From positions 1 through 64,000 of the forward strand of contig JAXLNO010000567.1 of NCBI GenBank assembly GCA_038087875.1: a stretch of 64,000 nucleotides of DNA, in the 5' to 3' direction. Positions 14,530-24,860 of the stretch are shown here, piece by piece (the first letter of the stretch is position 1; the number at the start of each line of letters is the position of its first letter). The stretch is from Malacoraja senta (taxonomy: Eukaryota). The notes under the pieces were generated by a model. The model was not told the origin of the DNA. It searched no databases and saw only the letters and a list, made by a program, of their open reading frames with translations. The translations under genes and the position numbers were made by a program.

Positions 14530-14777
14530 CGTCCCAAAAAAACCATCCGAGTGTTTCCTAACCAGGAGCCTTGGATGAACCATGAGATCCGCATTCTTCT
14601 GAAGACCCGGGCATTCAGGTCTGGAGATATAGAGGACTACAAGAAGTCCAGATACGACCTTGGAAAGGCCATCAAAAAGGACAAAAGGGACTTCTGCTCC
14701 AAGCTGGAGGATGAGACGGATGTTCGGCAACTGTGGCAGGGCTTGAATGCCATCACCTCCTTCCTACAAGGCGAAAT
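14530..14777 (+). mobile_element. Rex1/Babar-like LINE internal fragment
   Basis: FPNQEPWMN...AFRSGD...LWQGLNAITS, a linker-region motif. Confidence 0.65.
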
Positions 14778-14795
14778 CAGAGTGAGGCCTAACTA

Positions 14796-14940
14796 TAGGG
14801 TTGCCAACTTAGCCAGAACATCTCATATATTGGGCTAAATTGGTTTGTCCCGTACAGGATCGCCCTTGTCCCGTATTTGACTGCTACTACTCGGGACTGC
14901 CCTTGTCCCGTATTTGGGAGTGAGAAAGTTGGCAACCCTA
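14796..14940. mobile_element. hAT-type MITE (related one-ended fragments at about 13262-13390, 41615-41925 and 56880-56963)
   Basis: TIR TAGGGTTGCCAACTT / AAGTTGGCAACCCTA. The 8-bp TSD GGCCTAAC is at 14786-14793 and 14941-14948, with an extra TA on the left. Confidence 0.75.
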
Positions 14941-15273
14941 GGCCTAACGCAAATTGGGGGAACAACACCTCATATTTCGCTTGGGCAGCTTACAACCCAG
15001 CGGTATGAATATGATTTCTCCAACTTCAAGTCAACCTTGCACCTCCCCCCACCCCCCCCCCACTTTCTCTCCATCCCTCCCCACAAAAATAGTACCAGCT
15101 TCAAAGTCGACTTGTTGAGTCTCATTGTCAGTCACTCATTTTCACCTAGCCCACTGCTAACAATGGCCTGTTTCTTTTATCATCATTACTTTTTTGTACA
15201 TATTTCATTCATTTGTTCTACATCTCTCTACATCACCGTCTATATCTCTTGTTTCTCTTTCACCTGACTCTCA

Positions 15274-15305
15274 GTCTGAAGAAGGGTCTCGACCCGAAAC
15301 GTCAC
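15274..15305 (+). ncRNA. Minimal hammerhead-ribozyme-like motif in a PLE terminal repeat (representative; also 4714, 13816, 58334, 59336)
   Basis: CTGAAGA-A-GGGT(CTCG)ACCC-GAAA-C-GTC gives the CUGANGA box, stem II, GAAA, a palindromic ACGU and a GUC site. Helix I is only 2 bp. Confidence 0.55.
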
Positions 15306-15453
15306 CCATTCCTTTTCTCCAGAGATGCACACTCAACTGAGCTTGTTCCACCATTATAGTTTATTAGTCTAGCTTAGTTTGGTTTCGTTCAGAGATACAG
15401 CGTGGAAACAGGCCTTCCAGCCCACCGTGTCCACACCCACCTGCAATCACCCA

Positions 15454-16905
15454 TTCAAATTCCTGGGCGTGCATATTTCCGAAGATCTCTCCTGGTCCCA
15501 CAACACTGATGCAATCATAAAGAAAGCACATCAGCGCCTCTACTTCCTGAGAAGATTACGGAGAGTCGGTATGTCAAGGAGGACTCTCTCGAACTTCGAC
15601 AGGTGCACCGTAGAGAGCATGCTGACCGGTTGCATCGTGGCTTGGTTCGGCAACCTGGGCGTCCAGGAGCGGAAAAGGCTGCAAAAAGGAGCGGAAATGG
15701 CAGCGCTGTCGTACAGCAGCGGCTCGCCTGCAGTCCGTCTGTCTTTACTTTTTTTGTTGTTTTCTTTTGTCCTGTTTTAGTTAAATTTTAGTTTATTGGT
15801 TGTGTATGTGTGGGGGGGGGGTGGGTGAAACATGACTTTTGTCTCTTCCTTCGGGGGAATGCGACTTTTTCTTGTCGTATCCCCTTCTCTGCCTCCGTCT
15901 GCGCTGAGGCCTAATGGCGGAGATGCCGGCCTCCAACTCCAGCTGTGAGCGACCGACCTCGAGGCTCCGGAGGCAGAGCCAGGACTTACCAGCGCGGGGC
16001 TGGCCTGCTTCGGGGCTGCGGTGGCGTTCCGGCGGTGGCGACCTGAATCCGGAGGCTCGGCCGCGGGCCCAGTGGACGACATCTTCGGGGAGCGCGCAGG
16101 TCACAGGTTGGTGACCTGTTTTTCTGGGGCTCCCGCAACTACAGCTGCGACCGCTGGACTGGAGGGCGGCAGCTTCGGCAGCCTCGGCCAACCGGGCCGT
16201 GGAGTTTGAACCGGCCCGTCGCGGACGGAGCACGGATTCAGCCGCGGGATTGACTTACCATCACCCGGCGGGGTCACAACATCGGAAGCTGGATCACCTC
16301 AGCGCAGAGGGAGAACAAGGAGGGAAGAGACAGAGACTTTAAGACTTTTGCTCCATCACAGTGAGGAGGTGCCTGGTGAACTCACTGTGGTGGATGTTAA
16401 TTGTGTTTATTGTGTGTTTTGTTATTTATTATTATATGTATGACTGCAGGCAACGAATTTCGTTCAGACCGAAAGGTCTGAATGACAAATAAAGGAATCT
16501 CTAATCTCTCTCTAAACACTGCCCAGTCCATCATCGGCTCTGACCTCCCCACCATCGAGGGGATCTATCGCAGTCGCTGCCTCAAAAAGGCTGGCAGCAT
16601 CATCAAGGACCCACACCATCCTGGCCACGCACTCTTCTCTCCGCTGCCATCTGGCAGAAGGTACAGGAGCCTGAAATCTGCAACATCCAGGTTCAGGAAT
16701 AGCTACTTCCCCACAGCCATCAGGCTATTAAACTCGCCAACAAACAGACTCTGAACTATAACAGCCTATTGCACTTTATCTGTTTATTTATGTGTTTATT
16801 GAACTGAATTATGTATTGATGTTTACAATATTCTGTTGTGCTGAAGCAAAGCAAGAAAGTCATTGTCCTATCTGGGACACATGACAATAAACTCTCTTGA
16901 CTCTT
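15454..16905 (+). mobile_element. Rex1/Babar-like LINE 3' fragment split by the 0.8-kb element
   Basis: The same ORF as 10294-10845 continues on both sides of 15693-16512. Confidence 0.8.
15693..16512 (+). mobile_element. ~0.8-kb GC-rich non-coding retroelement with a Rex1-type 3' tail, copy 1
   Basis: Highly similar to 40711-41558. It interrupts a Rex1-like ORF and ends in a GAAA-capped hairpin plus ATGACAAATAAA. Confidence 0.8.
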
Positions 16906-19068
16906 AACTCGACTAGTTCTATCCTACAGATTCGGGACAATTTGCAGCAGATTAACCTACAAACCTGCACGTCTTTGGAATGTGGGAGGAAACCGGAGCA
17001 CCCGGAGAAACCCCACGCGGGTCACGGGGAGAACGTGCAAACTCCGTCCAGACTCGAACCCGGGTCTCCGGCGCTGCAAGGCACCAACTCTACCGCTGCG
17101 CCACCGTGCCGCCCCTGGGTTACTCCAGCGCTTTGTGTCCTTTTATGGATTACGCAGCACCTGCAGTTCCTTCGAAGGACCAGTGCAGGTCCAAGGCGAC
17201 GTGTTCACAGACTTGACACGTCAGAGGTTCTGCAAACAGAAAATACTGAAAGTAAGTCATTTGTGCGGAGACTGAGAAAAAATAAATAGTTCTAAGCATC
17301 CACATGGGGAAACTGATTAAGCAAGGGTCTTTGTTCATTGTTTAGTATATGGGCTATTAAAAGACTATTTTGAATGGTCCAGAGCTCTTGAAAAAGTATT
17401 TATAGCTTAATTGAGGATATTTTAAAATAGTGACTGGAAAATCATACTCCAAAATGGCGGCTTGTGTGGTTGCTCGCTGTTTCTAAGAATAAGCTGTTGG
17501 AAGAAGCTCACTGTGGCCCAGCGGTAGAGTTACTGCCTCACAGCGCCAGAGACCCGTGTTCGATCCCGACTACGGGTGCTGTCTGTACGGAGTTTGTACG
17601 CTCTCCCCGTGACCTGCGTGGGATTTCCCCGGGATCTCCGGTTTCCTCCCACATTCCAAAGACGTGCAGGTTTGTCGGTTGATCATCTTTGGTGGAGATT
17701 GTAAATTGACCCTAGTGTGTGTAGAAAAGTCTTAGTGTGCAGGGGCTGCTGGTCATCACGGACCGGATGGGCTGAAGGGCCTGTTTCTGCGCTTGTGTCT
17801 GCAAACTAAACTTGAAATAAGTTAAACTCAACTCATAAAATCATGCGATAGGAGCAGAATTAGGCCATTCGGCCCATCAAGTCTACTCCGCCATTCAATC
17901 ATGGCTGATCTATCTCTCCCTCCTAACCCCATTCTCCTGCCTTCTCCCCATAACCTCTGACACCCGTACTAATCAGGAATTTATCGATCTCTGCCTTAAA
18001 AATATCCATTGATTTGGCCTCCACAAATTCACAACTCTCTGGGGGAAAAAGTTTCTCCTTATCTCAGTCCCAAATGGCCTACCCCTTATTCTTAAACTGT
18101 GACCCCTGGTTCTAGACTCCCCCAACATGGGGAACATTTTTCCTGCATCCAGCCTGTCCAATCCCTTAAGAATAGTATATGGTTCTATAAGATTCCCTCT
18201 CATCCTTCTAAACCCTAGTGAATGTTCGCAAGGATGCACAAAGAGATACAGCACAGAAACAGGCCCTTCGGCCCAGTGATCCGATGTTGTCCATCAACAG
18301 TGGTGAATCTCTGGAATTCTCTGCCACAGAAGGTAGTTGAGGCCAGTTCATTGGCTATATTTAAGAAGGAGTTAGATGTGGCCCTTGTGGCTAAAGGGAT
18401 CAGGGGTGTAGAGAGAAGGCAGGTACAGGATACTGAGTTGGATGAACAGCCATGATCATATTGAATGGCGGTGCAGGCTCGAAGGGCCGAATGGCCTACT
18501 CCTGCACCTATTTTCTATGTTTCTATGTTTCTATCAAGCAGAGTGGCGCGGTGGTGCTGCGGTAGAGTTGCTGCCTCAATGCACCAGAGTGCCAGGTTCG
18601 ATCCTGACCACGGGTGCTGTCTGTGCGGTGTTTTGTACGTTCTCCCTGTGACTGCGTGGGTTTTCTCTGGGTGCACTGGTTTCCTAACGCTGTCTGGGGC
18701 TCCGGGTCAATTGGCTTGTGCAAATTCCCTCTAGTGTGTAGGATGTAAAAGTGGAATAACATAGAACTGGTTTAAAACTAAAGCTAAATAAAAAAAGACG
18801 AGTTTCCATTTTGGGGGGGAGATATAGAGTGGTCATTGAATGCCCGGGGGAACTAATGTGATCAATGATAGTTCTCAATGACACAAAATGCTGGAGTAAC
18901 TCAGGGTGACAGACAGCATCTCTGGAGAGAAGGAATGATGAGAAGCTGCCTGTCCCGCTGAGTTACCCCAGTGTCTATCTTCGATTTAAACCAGCATCTG
19001 CAGCTGAGTTGCTCCAGCTTTTAGTGTCTATCTTTAGTTAGCAATGCTCAAACTCAAAGAATTTACAA

Positions 19069-19824
19069 GGGTGTTAAAGAAGGAACTGCAGATGCTGGAA
19101 AATCGAAGGTACACAAAAATGCTGGGGAAACTCAGCGGGTGCAGCAGCGTCTATGGAGCGAAGGAAATAGGCAACGTTTCGGGCCGAAACCCGGAAGGGT
19201 TTCGTCCCGAAACGTTGCCTATTTCCTTCAGGGTTTCGTCCCGAAACGTTGCCTATTTCCTTCAGGGTTTCATCCCGAAACGTTGCCTATTTCCTTCAGG
19301 GTTTCGGCCCGAAACGTTGCTTATTTCCTTCAGGGTTTCGTCCCGAAACGTTGCCTATTTCCTTCAGGGTTTCGTCCCGAAACGTTGCCTATTTCCTTCA
19401 GGGTTTCGTCCCGAAACGTTGCCTATTTCCTTCAGGGTTTCGGCCCGAAACGTTGCTTATTTCCTTCAGGGTTTCGTCCCGAAACGTTGCCTATTTCCTT
19501 CAGGGTTTCGTCCCGAAACGTTGCCTATTTCCTTCAGGGTTTCATCCCGAAACGTTGACTATTTCCTTCAGGGTTTCATCCCGAAACGTTGCCTATTTCC
19601 TTCAGGGTTTCGTCCCGAAACGTTGCCTATTTCCTTCAGGGTTTCGGCCCGAAACGTTGCCTATTTCCTTCAGGGTTTCGTCCCGAAACGTTGCCTATTT
19701 CCTTCAGGGTTTCGGCCCGAAACGTTGCCTATTTCCTTCCGGGTTTCGTCCCGAAACGTTGCCTATCTCCTTCGCTCCATAGATGCTGCTGCACCCGCTG
19801 AGTTTCTCCAGCATTTTTGTGTAC
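19069..19824. mobile_element. Fold-back PLE-derived element containing a 17-unit minisatellite
   Basis: Inverted arms and a perfect 14-bp TSD CAAAGAATTTACAA at 19055-19068 and 19825-19838. Confidence 0.85.
19196..19773 (+). repeat. 34-bp minisatellite x17 (AGGGTTTCGTCCCGAAACGTTGCCTATTTCCTTC)
   Basis: 578 bp = 17 x 34, with no spacers. Confidence 0.95.
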
Positions 19825-20533
19825 CAAAGAATTTACAACCTCATTCATGATTCGATGTCTGTAGCCCGCAGTGTTCTCTGTGTTAAATGTAGAGACCTGT
19901 TTAAAAAAAAGCATCGGTCTGTTAGCGTTTGAGGATCTATTTGTTCTTGCTACATCTGCGTTGATTTTGGTTGTGAGAGAATACACGTGAGATAAGATCT
20001 TTAAAGTCCAACTCTTGTTCCACCAAAGTAAAAGCGGTTTTAGTTTACAAAATGTGTAGGGAGGAACCGCAGATGCTGGTTTAAGCCGAAGATTGACATA
20101 AAAAATACTGGAGTAACTCAGCGGGTCAGACAGCATCTCTGGAAAAAATAGATAGGTGACTTCTTGGGTCAGGACCATTCTCGACCCGAAACGTCACCTA
20201 TTCCTGGAGTAACTCAGCAGGTCAGCATCTCTGGAGAAGGGCTCCAACCCGAAACGTCACCCATCTCCAGAGATGCTGCCTGACCCGCTGAGTTACTCCA
20301 GCACTTTGTGTCCTTTGGTGTAAACCAGCATCTGCAGTTCCTTCCTACTACACGTTCTTTGAGAGATTCGTTACCTATTTCCTTCGCTCCATAGATGCTG
20401 CTGCACCCGCTGAGTTTCTCCAGCATTTTTGTCTACCTTCTTTGAGAGATTCCCTGGTCAACGCTGCCCTCTGCTGTCTGAGGGAGAAACTTACAACAGG
20501 CTGGAGGAAGATAGACACAAACTGCTGGAGTTA

Positions 20534-20862
20534 AACCCCTGTCCCACTGTACGAGTTCATTCCAAGAGTTCTCCCAAGTTTGCCCTGATTCGAACTCGGA
20601 GATTTACGGTAATGGCCGCTCGTCGGTACTCGGGGCTCTCGTGGACATTTTTCAACATGTTGAAAAATCTTCACGAGTCTTCCGTGCTTACCTGCCGTTA
20701 GCGAGTCTTCCCGAGTAGCTGCCGTTAGCGTTACGAGCCGCTGAGAGACGTCCCCGAGCTCCGACGTACCCGCTACGTTCATTCTCGTGCTTACCACGAG
20801 TTTGATTTTTTTTAAAACTCGGGGGAGCTCTTGGAATGAACTCGCACAGTGGGACAGGGCTA
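20534..20862. mobile_element. PIF/Harbinger-type MITE, same family
   Basis: Same TIR core and internal sequence in reverse orientation, with TTA/TAA flanks. Confidence 0.75.
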
Positions 20863-21640
20863 TAACTCAGTGGGACAGGCAGCGTCTCTGGAGTGAAGGA
20901 ATAGGTGACGTTTCGGGTCCACTTTGGTGTCCCGCTATACTTTGATGCTGTATATAAGGAAAATCCTTAATTCTATCCCATTTTTTTTCCATATGGTTAA
21001 TAAACATAATCGTAATAAATAAAGATCAATGAATAAGGTGTTATTATATTTTTTAAATCCCGATGTTGGACGCCGCCCCCCCGGAAAATGGCATGTCCCG
21101 ATGGTTACTTCTAAAAATTCCAGTTGGCATATTTATGTAATGGGGGATCTATCAGAAATGAAAATACTTTTAAACGGTAGGTATTAATAACTTAATAACT
21201 TAAATATTTCTCACCCTTAAAAATATTCCTCTATTCTTGACAGATATAGATACCAAGCCAATTACACTCAAACCTGGAGTGTGGGAGGAAACTGGTGCAC
21301 CTGGAGAAAACCCACGTGGTCACAGGGAGAACAAACTCCGTACAGACAGCACCCGTAGGCAGGATCGAACCCGGGTCTCTGGCGCTGTGAGGCAGCAACT
21401 CTACCGCTGCGCCAACTCAAAATTCTGCTCCTAGAACTAATGGACAAATGAAAAGGCAGCCAGCATCATCAGAGACCCACACCACCCTGGCCACGCTCTC
21501 ATTCCACCCCTTCTTGGGAAGAAGGTACAGGAGCCTGAAAACTGTAAGGTCCAGGTTCAGGAACCGCTTCTTCCCTGCAGCCATCAGGTTATTCAACACG
21601 ACAGCCTTCAAATAGGCTCTGAACTACATAGAGAACGTCC

Positions 21641-21689
21641 GTGTGTGCCTATATGTGTGTGAGTGTGAGTAAGAGTGTGTGCTGTGTGT

Positions 21690-21720
<31 letters not shown>

Positions 21721-21788
21721 AGCGTGTGTGTGTGTGTATGTGTGTGTGTGTGCTGTGTGTGTGTGTGTATGTGTGTGTGAGCGTGAGT

Positions 21789-21825
<37 letters not shown>

Positions 21826-21908
21826 CGTGAGTGTGTACGTGTGTGTGTGAGCGTGTGTGTGTACGTGTGTGTGTGTGTGTGAGCGTGTGTGTTTGTGTGA
21901 GCGCGAGT

Positions 21909-21954
<46 letters not shown>

Positions 21955-21967
21955 GTGTTTGTGTGAG

Positions 21968-22011
<44 letters not shown>

Positions 22012-22037
22012 TGTATGTGTGTGTGTGCGTGCGTGCG

Positions 22038-22074
<37 letters not shown>

Positions 22075-22099
22075 GTGTTTGTGTGAGCATGTGTGTGTG

Positions 22100-22133
<34 letters not shown>

Positions 22134-22232
22134 CGTGCGTGCGTGTTTGTGTATGTGTGTGTGTGCGTGCGTACATGTGTTTGTGTGAGCGTGAGTGTGT
22201 GTGTATGTGTATGTGTGTGTGTGTGTGTGTGA
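21641..22232. repeat. Compound (TG)n array
   Basis: Direct reading. Confidence 0.97.
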
Positions 22233-22320
22233 CTATGTGACACTGCTGTCCCACTGAGACCAGGTTGATGTAATACGCTGAGGGAGTGACTCGCCCAGTC
22301 TCAGTGGATCTCAGTTGCGA

Positions 22321-22386
22321 CTCAGTCACTAACTCACTGGTGCAGCCACTCCGACTGCTACAGGAGCTGCCACTGAGCAGGTAAGT
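22321..22386 (+). other. Candidate distal non-coding 5' exon of the GNG8-like gene
   Basis: Unique island between two TG arrays. It has an Inr-like CTCAGTC at 22321 and a perfect consensus donor CAG|GTAAGT at 22380/22381. Confidence 0.4.
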
Positions 22387-22948
22387 GAAGGGCTGGGTGG
22401 GGCATCCTCTCGGTACCCTGGCACGGACTGTTGCTGTTGCTGCCCATGTGTGGCTTCACATGGACAGTGGCGACGACATCAATGTGTGTGTGAAGGACCT
22501 GCTGGTTCAAACCAAAGATAGATTCGCGAGTCTGGGTTAAAACGTGGTCGTAGAATCGGAGAGCAGGAGGAAGAAGTCTGAAGAAGGGTCTCGAGCCGAA
22601 ACGTTGCCCATTCCTTCTCTCCCGAGATGCTGCCTGTCCCGCTGAGTTACTCCAGCTTTGTGTATCTTGCATTGATATCAGTGTTAACTGGCACCTTGTG
22701 TAGGTCCTGGTTCACATATGGGTGTCAGCTTCTACACCCCTGAGCGATTGAGTTTACACGTCCATTTGTAGGCACCTGTTTGTATCCAAGTGTCCCATTG
22801 AATGTAAATGTGTCTCTATGTACAAGCATGTGTCTGTGTGTTAATGCCCAGGTGGGTCTGTTGCAGCTCATATCCATTTAAGTGCAGTTATTTGTGTGTG
22901 TGTGTGAGATAGTTCTGCACAGGTGTGTGCATTGGAGAGAGAGAGATA

Positions 22949-23662
<714 letters not shown>

Positions 23663-23888
23663 CGTTTATGTGAGTGAGAGCAGTGCTGAACTACTATCTA
23701 CCTCATTGATGACCCTCAGACTATCCTTGATCGGACTTTGCTGGCTTTACCTTGAACTAAACGTTATTCCCTCATCATGTATCTGTACACTGTGGACGGC
23801 TCGAATGTAATCATGTATTGTCTTTACGCTGACAGGTTAGCACGCAACAAAGGCTTTTCACTGTACCTCGGTACAGGTGACAATAAAC

Positions 23889-23925
23889 CAGTCTGAAGAA
23901 GGGCTTCGGCCCGAAACGTCACCTG
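23889..23925 (+). ncRNA. Minimal hammerhead-like motif, variant stem II
   Basis: CAGT-CTGAAGA-A-GGGC(TTCG)GCCC-GAAACGTC-AC[C]TG. Helix I is 4 bp with a 1-nt bulge. Confidence 0.5.
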
Positions 23926-24244
23926 TTTCCTTCGCTCCATAGATGCTGCCTCACCCGCTGAGTTTCTCCAGCATTTTTGTCTACCTTCGATTTTCCAGCA
24001 TCTGCAGTTCCTTCTTAAAAACTAAACTGTAGATAGACACAGAAAGCTGGAGTAACCTCAGCGGGACAGGCAGCATCTCTGGAGAGAAGGGATGGGTGAC
24101 GTTTCGGGTCGAGACCCTTCTTCAGGCAGAACTGAATGGAAGGGTTGGTGTCGATGAGTTTGATATAAATGCAACCGCGACTTTCTGACTGGTAGAAGTT
24201 AAACGATGGGCCGAATGGCCTACTTCTGCTTCTACTGTGTATGT

Positions 24245-24860
24245 AACCCCTCCTCCCCTCAGCTCCCCCCCTCTTTACCAGACGTCTCTCTGAGACATCC
24301 AGGGGGACGTTTGCAGTGCAAATGGGCAGAAAAAGGCACCTAATTGAAAAATAGCTGATGACTTAATCCCTGACCTTCTCCCCCCCCTCCCTCCCAGCGC
24401 CCCCCCACCCCCTTCCCTGCTCCTCCCAGCCGCTACCTTCTGTTCCTTCAAAGGTGACATTTCCCACTTGGCTCCCACCAAGGGAGGGTCTCTCTCAGCG
24501 ACCTCATTAGCCGAGCGGCCGCTGCGTACGTTAGCGGCTCCCCTCCGCGCGCTCTGTGGGGGGGGGGGGGGTAGCAGATGTTCGCAAGGTTTAATTAGTG
24601 GGACAACCCTGCTCTGGGAGTCGCTCTGTGCCAGCAACCGTCTTAATCACCCTCGTCTTTCAACTCTGACTAATTACTGCTCAATCACTCCCTTCAGCCA
24701 CCAACTGCTGGTCCCGTTGGGAAAGGGAGTAAGGAACGATCCTGTTTAGTTTACTGACACCTGTACAGTGGAAAACTTTTGGGAAACTTTCCGCTAACCA
24801 GCCGGCGGAACGACTATGCATGTTTACAATCGAGACGTCCACAGTGTATACAGATACATT
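24245..24860. promoter_or_regulatory. Candidate enhancer island
   Basis: About 600 bp free of recognisable repeats and containing CpGs. It has six TAAT/ATTA homeodomain cores and a CAGATG E-box. Confidence 0.35.

Larger units (their letters stand above)
14778..15327 (+). mobile_element. PLE 3' fragment interrupted by a hAT-type MITE
   Basis: RKLGEQHLIFRLGSLQPSGMN, followed by the 3' UTR and a terminal repeat carrying the hammerhead-like core. Confidence 0.8.

Noticed and set aside
15693..16300. rRNA fragment, host CpG-island promoter or coding exon
   Set aside because: I recognised no rRNA signature. It occurs twice as an insertion into other repeats, and its ORFs differ between the copies.
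19196..19773. CRISPR-like array of 34-bp partly palindromic repeats, and its 268-aa ORF
   Set aside because: There are no spacers and no cas genes, and the context is eukaryotic. The ORFs are a by-product of a stop-free unit read in rotating frames.
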